NCBI GenBank assembly: GCA_038045185.1
Contig: JBBSYO010000022.1
Coordinates: forward strand, 164-64,163
DNA: 64,000 nt
From: Nanobdellota archaeon
GTDB lineage: Archaea; Nanobdellota; Nanobdellia; Pacearchaeales; GW2011-AR1
Reading direction: 5' to 3'
Shown here: piece after piece, positions 25,667 to 34,984 of the stretch
Layout of the letters: each line of letters begins with the position of its first letter
Position numbering within the stretch: the first letter of the stretch is position 1
Notes under the pieces: generated by a model
Databases searched by the model: none
What the model saw: the letters and a program-made list of their open reading frames with translations, nothing else
Told to the model about the DNA's origin: nothing
Translations under genes and position numbers: made by a program

Positions 25667-28396
25667 TTAAACCCGAAGTAGCTCTGGAGGCCATTCCTCG
25701 CTGAGGTATTCTTTCTTAAATTCGATATCGCTTGGGTAGTGTATTTCCCATATTTTTATTGGACCACGTAGCGCGTCATAACTTATGATTGATGAGTTAA
25801 AGCTGGGCACTTGCTTTTTTATTTCGGCAACAAAAAAATCATCCTCTGAATGAACCAATTCGAAATTTGGATTGACCTCATTGTAGAAGTATAGCCGTGC
25901 AAATTGAGAATTTACGGCCCTAGAGCTTAGATAGAGTAGTGAACCGTCATCTTGTATTTGCAATCCATTGGCGCCGTTAATCAAACGGGGAATGAAAAAT
26001 ACACCAGATTCGATGCCGCTACCGAAGTCTTTTAGCTCTCCATCAAATGCATATCTTAAAGGAAGGTTATACTGTCGGTCTTGGTTCACGAATATGCCTA
26101 CTGGCTGGCTTATCATCTCCCCAGTTGTAGATGATTTTTCTATTAAGAGGGCACCAAGAGCAGCCGTGCCTTCGGGCAGAAATATTCTTGTCCCGTTATC
26201 TTCATAAATTATATCTGCGTCCAGTAGAACGCCTCCAGAATATAAAAAGACGGTTGAGTTCTTTCTTTCCTGAATCTGGCTTAAATCTTGATTGAATGTT
26301 GCAAAGAAGCTAACGCGATCATAGTTTTTATCAGAGCCTATACTGGAAAAGGCGCTATATTTCCCGATATCTGTAGAATCGATGAGGAAATGAGTGGTAT
26401 TGTGCGCGTACAGAAATTCTAACGCTTCCTTATTGCTTGTTCCTGTAAGTGCGTATCTACCCATAAGATGATTCCAATAAGATTTTGCGTTGCCCCCGTC
26501 CAGAACAGTAGCACGTTCGCCTAGAGTCTGAACCCAATACCCGTAATCCCACCAATGACCAAATACTGCGTTTGGGGGCGTGCTTTCTCGCACCCAAGCC
26601 ATTGCCTTCTGCCATTGTTGATTGTACGGACTTGGAATGTAACCTGCGGCCGTGGCGACTGAAGTCTTATAAAACTGATATCCTGAAAAGATAAAGGCTA
26701 CGATTATTATGCCTGCACAGATTATTGAGATTGTGCGCTTAGTTGACTTCTCTGTATTTAGTGCGAGACTTGCTATTTCAACCGAGAGATATGCGGCAAG
26801 TATAGATGCCGCAGGGACTAGCATCATAACCAGTCTAATGCCGCCCCTGGCAGATATTAGACTTATCAAAAAGAAGCACAAGACAAAGATAGAACTGAAT
26901 TCTATATTTTTGAGCCGTTCTTGTTCTCCAGACTTGTAGTGTAGGCGATAGTAATAACCTAATGTTGCCAGAAGCACTATGGGTCCGAGGGCGTAAAATA
27001 ACAGGCTCAAACCATTTGTGCCGTTGAAGGTGCTGTTTCCGGAATATCTGCTAAAGATGATTGAAGTTAAAAATAACGTAAATGCCAATGTGGAGAGCAT
27101 TCTCTCTCTTGAGTTAAGAGACTTGATTGCCCTGTAGAACAAGCCAATGGCCCCAAAAAAGAATGACCAGAATATTATTTTTACTCCTGCTATTTTAGGT
27201 CCGAAACTGTCGGCCCATTCAACAAAATAGGGCTGTTTATTTTCTGCAACAGTGACGCTCAAACGATCTGTAGACGTCGTCACTAGGAATTTCTTCAGAG
27301 TTAGGACTTTCTCTCCTATCAGACTTGGTCCGAAAACAATAGCGCTAACAACTAGTACAAGGACTATCGTTGTTAAAAGAGAAAAAATCGGTCTTGGAAT
27401 TTTAGCTATTTTCTCATGGGATAAATAGTTCTTTATACGTGTATCAAATAAAATTGAATCGACTATTATAACGAGAAGCGCAAGGACGCTGGGAAGATTT
27501 GTCGTTGAGGTCAACAGTTCAGAGAGGGAATAACGGTTCGTGCCAAGGAACAGGAGGATGAAAGCGGTAAGAAGCCAGACTGCATAAAGGTATTTTTTCC
27601 CTTTATCCATCTTTCCCAAAAGGAACGCAATTAGAACTGCCGGACCTATGGTAAGAATGATGTAGAGATATCCGCCCCATACGAGGCCCATGAGATCTGT
27701 AGATATTCCTGCAAGCAGACCATAGGTGTATCTACTGATTTGACCTCTTGCTTTCCATCCGCACATGAAAAAATAGAACGCGAGGAAGAGGAACAAAATT
27801 CCGCTTGCTTCCTTTTCTGGAATGCCTGCAATTGTTCGCGGCAGCAGGGCTGGAATGACTGATAAGAAGAGAGATGCGACAAGCGCGATAATGTTGGCCT
27901 TGTTTTTGCCCATATTTTCTGCAAAGAACTTTCGAGTCATAAAAAAGAAGGTAATAACTGCCAAGGCGAACATGACTGCAGGATATAGCACTGCAGATTG
28001 AGTTATTGAGCCCGACCCAAAAAATACAGCTATTTTGTGGAACCAAGTAATTAGATAGACGTGCAGATTGAGTTCGTATGCGGTGTCGTATCCGAGCGGC
28101 GCATATCGCATAGTATCGACAACCATCAAAGCGCCATGCTCTAGGATATACTTAGCCCATCTCAAGAATAGAAAGGGATCGAGGTCTGGTCCAAGTGTCC
28201 AGTCTCCAGTCGTTATATCTCTCAGCCCTGGCAGATTAGCGATTCTTATTCTTATGGCAAGGAAGGTTATGATTGCGAGAAGAACGTAAGAGATAAAATT
28301 CGTGTCTTTTTTTATAAAATTCAGAACTTTTTCTTTTCTTTCCCGTATAATGGTTTCGCTATGGTCTGAGGCGCTTGATTCGTCCATTGCTACCAA
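25667..28396 (-). CDS. aglB: oligosaccharyltransferase AglB (STT3 family)
   Basis: 909 aa; 13-TM N-terminal region, WWDYGYW motif, DIGK (DK-type) motif, early DLD loop. Confidence 0.9.
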   Translation of the reverse strand: MVAMDESSASDHSETIIRERKEKVLNFIKKDTNFISYVLLAIITFLAIRIRIANLPGLRDITTGDWTLGPDLDPFLFLRWAKYILEHGALMVVDTMRYAPLGYDTAYELNLHVYLITWFHKIAVFFGSGSITQSAVLYPAVMFALAVITFFFMTRKFFAENMGKNKANIIALVASLFLSVIPALLPRTIAGIPEKEASGILFLFLAFYFFMCGWKARGQISRYTYGLLAGISTDLMGLVWGGYLYIILTIGPAVLIAFLLGKMDKGKKYLYAVWLLTAFILLFLGTNRYSLSELLTSTTNLPSVLALLVIIVDSILFDTRIKNYLSHEKIAKIPRPIFSLLTTIVLVLVVSAIVFGPSLIGEKVLTLKKFLVTTSTDRLSVTVAENKQPYFVEWADSFGPKIAGVKIIFWSFFFGAIGLFYRAIKSLNSRERMLSTLAFTLFLTSIIFSRYSGNSTFNGTNGLSLLFYALGPIVLLATLGYYYRLHYKSGEQERLKNIEFSSIFVLCFFLISLISARGGIRLVMMLVPAASILAAYLSVEIASLALNTEKSTKRTISIICAGIIIVAFIFSGYQFYKTSVATAAGYIPSPYNQQWQKAMAWVRESTPPNAVFGHWWDYGYWVQTLGERATVLDGGNAKSYWNHLMGRYALTGTSNKEALEFLYAHNTTHFLIDSTDIGKYSAFSSIGSDKNYDRVSFFATFNQDLSQIQERKNSTVFLYSGGVLLDADIIYEDNGTRIFLPEGTAALGALLIEKSSTTGEMISQPVGIFVNQDRQYNLPLRYAFDGELKDFGSGIESGVFFIPRLINGANGLQIQDDGSLLYLSSRAVNSQFARLYFYNEVNPNFELVHSEDDFFVAEIKKQVPSFNSSIISYDALRGPIKIWEIHYPSDIEFKKEYLSEEWPPELLRV

Positions 28397-28458
28397 GAAA
28401 AAGTCCTTCTTATATAAACCTTTATCCGCGAACAGATAGCCTCAAAATCGCTTAAACG

Positions 28459-29259
28459 CTACACCGTCTGTTTTCCGGAAAAAAATCCCTTCCAGAAGCC
28501 ATGCAGAAAGTAAGGGTGGCTTATAACAGATGTAACTAAATAAGCAGGGAGCAGGGCAAGACCTTTACGCCAAGGGTAGCTGACAAATTGGAGTAGTATT
28601 CCGGCAATTGGTAATGCTTTCAAAAGACCCACATATCCTCGTGGTATGCGAAACCCGTACATTCTTAAGAGTGCTCCAAATCCATTAGCATATTGATAGG
28701 TCTTTCTGAGGCGTTGTTTGAACGTCGTTGGGTGAACGTGGAGCACGACTGCGTTAGGATAAGCAATTTTACCTTTCTCTTTTATTTTCATATACATGTC
28801 AAAATCCTCCCCAGCTGTTCTGAAATGAGTTTCGTTAAAGAGACCTACTTCTTTTAGAGTGCTTTTACGATAGGCATCTCCTTTCTCATCTAACAGAGGA
28901 GTTATAGTTCCTTTCTCATTAAGAGTCATGGCGCGAGTAAAAATACCAAATCTGCCCCATAACTGCACGGGAAAATGCACCTTCGATGCACTTGCAACTA
29001 TTGCTGAATCCTTGAGAGGTCCAACCAGATTTTCGAGCCAGTGCTCGCCTTCGGGAATACAATCTTGGGGGAGAGTAACTACAATTTCATACTTTGATTT
29101 GTTGATTCCGTAATTCATTTGTTTGGCCATCCCCCAACCCTTGTCAATGGGAAGCACTTCAACACCCCCAGAAAACTTTTGTTTTTTTACTGCAGTCAAG
29201 ACCCTTTGCAAAATTTCCTTGTTCGCCTTGTAGATGGGAAGAACAATCGACACATTCAT
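28459..29259 (-). CDS. GT2 family glycosyltransferase
   Basis: Likely start MNVSIVLPIYK at 29259 (the ORF track extends to 29433); GT2 N-terminal region and DxD-type motifs. Confidence 0.65.
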   Translation of the reverse strand: MNVSIVLPIYKANKEILQRVLTAVKKQKFSGGVEVLPIDKGWGMAKQMNYGINKSKYEIVVTLPQDCIPEGEHWLENLVGPLKDSAIVASASKVHFPVQLWGRFGIFTRAMTLNEKGTITPLLDEKGDAYRKSTLKEVGLFNETHFRTAGEDFDMYMKIKEKGKIAYPNAVVLHVHPTTFKQRLRKTYQYANGFGALLRMYGFRIPRGYVGLLKALPIAGILLQFVSYPWRKGLALLPAYLVTSVISHPYFLHGFWKGFFSGKQTV

Positions 29260-29469
29260 GATGATGACGTGGAAGACTGCTTTAAATATCTTTTCAGAAG
29301 TGCCAAGAACCGCCAGTCGCAGACCGAGGTATGTAAACGCCATACTTCGCGTGGTCGTCGAGAATCTTTGTTCTTGATGACCGTCAAAGTTAAAAATCTT
29401 TGGGGGCGTGGTTTTTTTCAAGTTCCTTGACATCAGAAGATTTTGAGGTCTCAGAATTTCCCTAGAGAT

Positions 29470-29500
29470 TAAACCACTCGTCTTTGACGAGTGGAATTCC
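29470..29500. repeat. 9-bp stem hairpin (CCACTCGTC ttt GACGAGTGG) plus GAATTC and an AGTTTAAAAG box
   Basis: Perfect inverted repeat between two minus-strand genes; the 14-mer GACGAGTGGAATTC recurs at 41198-41211. Confidence 0.55.
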
Positions 29501-29505
29501 TCAGT

Positions 29506-30066
29506 TTAAAAGAGCGCACCTATCTCCTTAAATAAAGGATGCTTCTTGTCACGTTCAGAGAGAATTGGATTTTTTATACCCCAGATGATTGCCAGTTCGG
29601 AATCGTTCCAGATTATTCCTCCTTCGGATTCTTTATTATAAGGAGAGGTCGCTTTGTAGTGCATGATTGTATCGTCTTCAAGCGCGAGGAAACCGTGAGC
29701 AAAACCCGCAGGTATCCAGAGCATCTTATTATTCTCTCCTGAAAGAATCGTGGAAAACCATTTCCCATTGGTTGGAGAATGCTCTCGTATATCGACTGTT
29801 ACATCAAGCGCCTTGCCTCGTATCACCCTGACCAGTTTTCCTTGTGCAGAGGGATATTTCTGAAAATGCAAACCACGTATAACTCCTTTTTTTGAGCGTG
29901 ATTGGAATTCTAAGGGAAATTTAAGCGGAATATGCATGGACTTTAATTTCTCATAGTTATAGTTTTCGAAGAAAGTACCACGAGCATCTGTAAACACATC
30001 TGGTAAAATCTCAACAAGACCTTCGAATGGTGTCTTCTTGATTTCCATAGGAATGCAAACGCGCAT
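29506..30066 (-). CDS. rmlC: dTDP-4-dehydrorhamnose 3,5-epimerase
   Basis: 186 aa; cupin with RGLHFQ and WIPAGFAHGF motifs characteristic of RmlC. Confidence 0.85.
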   Translation of the reverse strand: MRVCIPMEIKKTPFEGLVEILPDVFTDARGTFFENYNYEKLKSMHIPLKFPLEFQSRSKKGVIRGLHFQKYPSAQGKLVRVIRGKALDVTVDIREHSPTNGKWFSTILSGENNKMLWIPAGFAHGFLALEDDTIMHYKATSPYNKESEGGIIWNDSELAIIWGIKNPILSERDKKHPLFKEIGALF

Positions 30067-30104
30067 ACATTTTTAATGGTTTCGATGACACAAAAGTATT
30101 TAAA

Positions 30105-31355
30105 GTGAACCTTGAGTCAGCACGTATGGACAAGGAAGGACTATTGGCGCTCATCCGCGATGATGCGCGTGTATTTAATGCAATCAATGCACTGAGAAAC
30201 TCCTTTAGCCCGTTGCGATTTAATGATGTTCGCATTCCTAACGCCACACCGGCGGAGGCAATTAAACGAGGAATTCGGACTGTTCAAGAAACGCTTACGG
30301 CGTATGATGCTTTTGGTTTGAAGGTTGACGACATGGACCCTGGTCACGGAGTAGGGCACTTAGCGCGAGATTATATTAATGCCTTGCGACTTACGCATAT
30401 GGATTACGTAACTGATCCCAGCCATCTCTTTGTAGGGTTTGTTGGGGGAGTTTTACATGATATGGGAAATGCGATTGTTGAACGCTATGAAGAAGGTAAG
30501 CGGGTTACACGCCACGGTGAAGCTGGAGCGCTCCTTTTCAATGAGGCGACAAAAGACCTTGACCTTAATGATGCAGAACGTACTCTTATTGCTCATTCTA
30601 TTGCGGCTCACACCCATTACCTGAAACCCTTGTGTGTTAAGGGAGTAGATGGTATAGAACGTACTTTGCCTCCCTACCAAGATACGGATGAGGAAGGCAA
30701 GCCTGTCATGGGGGTATGGCTGCCTCGATGGATTGATAGACTGGATTGTAATGGTTCGGCTTTCTTGGGCAGACACTTTTTGACACTCGTGAACCCACGA
30801 GATGAATTTGACGGCGAGAAATTCTATCAAACTGATATTGTGAGCGCGTTGAATCCTCTATTGCGACCAGAAGTAGAGATTAAGGTGGCTGGAGCACATC
30901 CCCTTACTATGCGTGAGCATTTACGCAGGTATGCACGCACCCAAAGCAATAATTCTCCCTATGGAAAGCATGATAACGGAACTATGCAATCTCTGCGCGA
31001 TACCAATACAACCGCGCTTAATGCTATAATCGGAGCAGTCGATCGCGACGCGCTTCTTGGCTCGTCAGACATAGAACACATTCTGGGAAGGTGGACCACG
31101 TTCTTATCTGGAAATGTTGAGCCTAGCATGCTTGGAAGACACGCTGCTGAAAAAATGCGCAGCAAGTTTGGCGAACTTGATGAGTCCACACGGCGGGCTT
31201 GGGCATCTGGTTTTGATCAGGCTTTAGAGACGTATCGTGTCTGGGCCGCAATGGCAAAGAGTCAGGTCGGGGAAATTATTGGTTCAGATGAAGAAGCTCA
31301 GAAGCTACCTCTTTTAAACAAGAATGTTTTTGACGTCCTGAAACCTGCCTACTAA
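30105..31355 (+). CDS. HD-domain phosphohydrolase family protein with an uncharacterised C-terminal half
   Basis: 416 aa; H...HD...H...D pattern (GHGVGH, VLHDMGN, RHGEAG, AHSIAAHTH); GC-richer than its neighbours; opposite strand inside the rml cluster. Confidence 0.55.
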   Translation: MNLESARMDKEGLLALIRDDARVFNAINALRNSFSPLRFNDVRIPNATPAEAIKRGIRTVQETLTAYDAFGLKVDDMDPGHGVGHLARDYINALRLTHMDYVTDPSHLFVGFVGGVLHDMGNAIVERYEEGKRVTRHGEAGALLFNEATKDLDLNDAERTLIAHSIAAHTHYLKPLCVKGVDGIERTLPPYQDTDEEGKPVMGVWLPRWIDRLDCNGSAFLGRHFLTLVNPRDEFDGEKFYQTDIVSALNPLLRPEVEIKVAGAHPLTMREHLRRYARTQSNNSPYGKHDNGTMQSLRDTNTTALNAIIGAVDRDALLGSSDIEHILGRWTTFLSGNVEPSMLGRHAAEKMRSKFGELDESTRRAWASGFDQALETYRVWAAMAKSQVGEIIGSDEEAQKLPLLNKNVFDVLKPAY

Positions 31356-32545
31356 GATTTATTCTTACTATCCAAAAACTGCTTGAGAATTCCATAATAA
31401 TCGTTTTTCTGATTATTCGGCATACCCCAACACGGGATAAACATGCCGGATTCTTCGATTTCATCCCCTATTTTGAAGACATCGTGCATGGGGATTGACT
31501 CAACAGTGCGAAATATTTTCTGTTTGAGAATATTGCCGCACATAACAGGTCTAATTTCCACTTTCTTCTCCGTCAAGTACGACACAAACTCTGCGCGAGA
31601 AAAGGGAGCATCATGTTTTACCACTAAAGGATATGCAAACCAACTCGGTTGTGCCTTTGGGTGCGATTGAGGAAGGTGAAAGAAATTATATTGTCTAAAT
31701 AACGAATTAATTTCGTCAAATTGCTTTTTTCTGGCAGATACAATATTAGGTAATCTGCCCATTTGTTGTGCACCGAATGCGGCTTGAATTGCAGTCATTT
31801 GGCTGTCGGTTCCGAGGGTGAGATATTTGTAGCGATTGAGAAACTCTTCACCCGCACCGAAATCCCTTCCCCAAAAGATGATGCTGCGCGCGATGGGACT
31901 TAACTCGTCGCGATTAGTTCCGAAAGCCCCGCCTACGCCGGCAGCAGTTATGTGATGTGAACCATAAAAACTAAATGCGGCTGCTGTGCCAAATGAACCT
32001 ACGTGTTTACCATTAAAATAACATCCCAGTGTGTCGCAGCAATCTTCAATAAGGAATCGATTTCCAAGGGCTGCGAGAATACGATTCATGTCAGGTACAT
32101 TTCCTAGCAAATGAGGCAGGATAAGACCCTTAATTTGGGGGTATTTCTTGATAGCGCGCTCGACTTCTTCAGGATCAATAACATATGTGTATGGTTTTGT
32201 CTCCACAAAAACAGGAATTACGCCGAAATCGATAGCTGATGAAATACTCGTGGCAAACGTGGTTATTGGGTGAATCACTAAATCGCCGCGCCTTAGTGCG
32301 CCTTGGTGAATCAGACTCTTTATCGCAACGAGAATGGCAGATGAACCGCTATTCGTCAAATGAATATGCTTTATGCCAGTATAGTCTGAAAGTTTCTTCT
32401 CAAAATCCTTATTGAATTCCCCGTATCCGAACCAATCTGCATTAAAGACGCCTTGGACTGCTTCGATTTCTTTTTGAGTCCATTGTATACGATTTATCAG
32501 ATGAGAATCTCCTGTCTTTTCCCACTTTTTCCATTCCAAGGTCAT
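31352..32545 (-). CDS. DegT/DnrJ/EryC1-family PLP enzyme; His replaces the PLP-Lys, predicting a sugar 3-dehydratase (ColD/E1-like)
   Basis: 397 aa; fold type I aminotransferase-like; where aminotransferases have SFHxxK, this protein has SFYGSHHITAAG. Confidence 0.7.
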   Translation of the reverse strand: MTLEWKKWEKTGDSHLINRIQWTQKEIEAVQGVFNADWFGYGEFNKDFEKKLSDYTGIKHIHLTNSGSSAILVAIKSLIHQGALRRGDLVIHPITTFATSISSAIDFGVIPVFVETKPYTYVIDPEEVERAIKKYPQIKGLILPHLLGNVPDMNRILAALGNRFLIEDCCDTLGCYFNGKHVGSFGTAAAFSFYGSHHITAAGVGGAFGTNRDELSPIARSIIFWGRDFGAGEEFLNRYKYLTLGTDSQMTAIQAAFGAQQMGRLPNIVSARKKQFDEINSLFRQYNFFHLPQSHPKAQPSWFAYPLVVKHDAPFSRAEFVSYLTEKKVEIRPVMCGNILKQKIFRTVESIPMHDVFKIGDEIEESGMFIPCWGMPNNQKNDYYGILKQFLDSKNKS

Positions 32546-32559
32546 TACATTGGAACCTC

Positions 32560-33426
32560 TTAGCGGTTTTTATAACTTTGTATTTTTGTCTGTATTGCTT
32601 GCAAGGAATTAACCAAACTTGGACAGGAATATCCTGTTAATTTTCTGAGGTTTATTGAATTAGTCCCATTGTTAAGCGGGCGTTGCGCCGTCTGGTTCAG
32701 GGCTGCTGTTGTAATAGGCTCTAAAAGATATTTATTTAGGTTAAAAACGTCTGCGACAAGACATGCGAAATCGAATCGATTGACCTGTGTTGGGCCTGTT
32801 GCAACATATAACCCATTAATATTTTTATTGAGTATGTGCTCTATGTAGTCGCCTAAAACCGCTATATCTGTCGGATTACTTATTTGGTCTTTGGGTATCT
32901 TGCGGGGACCGGTAAGATTGAGAAGTTGCATAAGGAAATTTAGACCTCCGGGGTCATATCCAAAAACGACAGTCGTTCTTAGAATAGCGTGAAGGGGAAG
33001 TGTGCGCACAATATTTTCAGCCTCCAACTTTGTTTTTCCGTAGATGTTGAGCGGGTTCGTTTCTGATTTCTCATCGTAATTATTGGTTTGCCCCGAGTAG
33101 ACATAGTCCGTGGAAATATAGATTATTTTTTTATTATTCTTATTTGCCCATTCAACTAAATTTTTAGTTGCGTAGACATTATTTTTATAGGACTCATCTT
33201 GGTGTGTTTCGCAGTAGTCAACATTAGTTAAGGCTGCGCAGTGAATTATAACATCCGGATTCAGCTCCCCGAGCACTTTTTCTGTTTGCTGTGAAGTTAA
33301 GTCTAATACGAGGGTAGTTGTGGGAGATTTCCTCCTTGAAATCCCAAAAATCTCATGTTTTAATTTAAGTCGCTCGCACAGTTTCTTCCCGACAAATCCC
33401 GCTGAACCAGTTATAAGAACTTTCAT
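32560..33426 (-). CDS. rmlD: dTDP-4-dehydrorhamnose reductase
   Basis: 288 aa; ITGSAGFVG Rossmann motif, YxxxK (YGKTK); RmlD-like length. Confidence 0.78.
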   Translation of the reverse strand: MKVLITGSAGFVGKKLCERLKLKHEIFGISRRKSPTTTLVLDLTSQQTEKVLGELNPDVIIHCAALTNVDYCETHQDESYKNNVYATKNLVEWANKNNKKIIYISTDYVYSGQTNNYDEKSETNPLNIYGKTKLEAENIVRTLPLHAILRTTVVFGYDPGGLNFLMQLLNLTGPRKIPKDQISNPTDIAVLGDYIEHILNKNINGLYVATGPTQVNRFDFACLVADVFNLNKYLLEPITTAALNQTAQRPLNNGTNSINLRKLTGYSCPSLVNSLQAIQTKIQSYKNR

Positions 33427-33430
33427 AAGT

Positions 33431-34984
33431 TTACATTATTTGGAGGACGTCGTGAGAACCGTTTTTGACGAGGCTATTAGCTCTGAAAAGGCTTTCGAAC
33501 GCCCCCGCATCGGTCCAGTACCCCTTAACAAAGTCAAATGTAAGCTGGTTTATTTTTATATATGCGTTATTCACATCCGTAATTTCAAGCTCCCCACGTT
33601 CTGATGGAATTATAGTATCTATAATATTAAAGACCTTATTATCGTACAAATATAAACCGGTAACGGCATAGTTTGATTTGGGATTTTTCGGCTTTTCTTC
33701 AATTGAAACTATTTTGTCATCATTTATTTCTGCAATTCCGAACCTGTGCGGGTCTTCTACTTGTTTAACAAATACTTTTGCTCCTTCTTTGAACTCAGAT
33801 ATATCAAATATGTCCTGAAAAATATTGTCTCCCAATATTACTGCAATGCCGCTGTCTCCTGCAAAATCTCTTGCGAGTCCCAAGGCTTGGGCTATCCCTC
33901 CGGATTCTTCTTGGATTTCGTAGGATAAATTGAGACCGAGTTCTTTTCCGCTCCCCAATAAACTAAGAATTTGCCCGCAGTGTTCTCTTCCTGAAACAAC
34001 CAAGATATCAGTTAAGCCCATCGCCTTTAGTGTTTCAAGAGGATAGAATATCATTGGCTTATTGTAAATCGGGAGCAGGTGTTTATTGATAACTTTAGTG
34101 AGAGGCAATAACCGCGAACCTGTTCCACCGGCAAGCACAATGCCCTTTATTTTTCTTTGCGAGTCCATATTCTTTCGGTATTCCATCAAACATTGGCGCA
34201 CTGCGATTCGTGTATCAGAAACTTCGATGGATAGAGATTCTAGTTTCTTAGTGGACAACACAGAGTTTGAACGTTTTGCCTTTGAAACCGCATCAAGCTG
34301 GGCGGGAGAGATAACCTGATAAGCCATTTTCCGATTAGTTATTTCCTGATAAATTCCCAATATCTCTTCGTGAGTAATTGCTCCCTTGTTTACCAAATTA
34401 AATACTCCGCTTTGGTTTCGATCCATTAATTCTTTTGTTATTCTAAGCATGTCGGGAATAACGGTTACTGAATTTTCTGCGCCTATAATTTTCTTATAGA
34501 TAAGAAGTCGCGATATTAGATTCTTGTTGTGGGGTATGTTATCTATAGGCATTCGTATCCGTATTTGAAGCACGTTGTTAAACTCCTTAAGCAAATTTTC
34601 TGCAGAAATCTTTGTTCTGGCATAATGATTTTCCGTAAAGTTTGGCTCATCGCCTTCTGAAAATCCATTGCCATTATTATTTCCTTCATAAATGTCGCCG
34701 CTCCCTATATGAACCAATCGCTTTTTTAGAGATTGACATGCTTGCAGTAAATAGCCGGGCACAAGAATGTTCGATTCGGTTGTTTCTATTCTATGCTCCT
34801 CACACCAGTCAATACCTGTTTTTCCTATACAATTGATAACAATCTCTGGGTCGTATTTCGTTATCTCTTCTATTGCGTTTGCAACACTCACAATCTTAGA
34901 TCCCGAGAGTACACTATTTTCAAGAAATGCTCTGAAACGATTGCCCAAATACCCGTTTCCGAGAATGAGATATTTGCAAGTCAT
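33431..34984 (-). CDS. rmlA: bifunctional RmlD-like reductase / glucose-1-phosphate thymidylyltransferase (RmlA) fusion
   Basis: about 518 aa from the ATG that overlaps the rmlB stop (ATGA at 34981-34984); N-terminal SDR-like (LILGNGYLG...YARTK); C-terminal GIVLAGGTGSRLLPLT nucleotidyltransferase. Confidence 0.78.
   Translation of the reverse strand: MTCKYLILGNGYLGNRFRAFLENSVLSGSKIVSVANAIEEITKYDPEIVINCIGKTGIDWCEEHRIETTESNILVPGYLLQACQSLKKRLVHIGSGDIYEGNNNGNGFSEGDEPNFTENHYARTKISAENLLKEFNNVLQIRIRMPIDNIPHNKNLISRLLIYKKIIGAENSVTVIPDMLRITKELMDRNQSGVFNLVNKGAITHEEILGIYQEITNRKMAYQVISPAQLDAVSKAKRSNSVLSTKKLESLSIEVSDTRIAVRQCLMEYRKNMDSQRKIKGIVLAGGTGSRLLPLTKVINKHLLPIYNKPMIFYPLETLKAMGLTDILVVSGREHCGQILSLLGSGKELGLNLSYEIQEESGGIAQALGLARDFAGDSGIAVILGDNIFQDIFDISEFKEGAKVFVKQVEDPHRFGIAEINDDKIVSIEEKPKNPKSNYAVTGLYLYDNKVFNIIDTIIPSERGELEITDVNNAYIKINQLTFDFVKGYWTDAGAFESLFRANSLVKNGSHDVLQIM

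Noticed and set aside
30011-30359. Short minus-strand ORFs overlapping the rmlC/HD gene boundary
   Set aside because: They are antisense to, or overlapping, better-supported genes and have no features.
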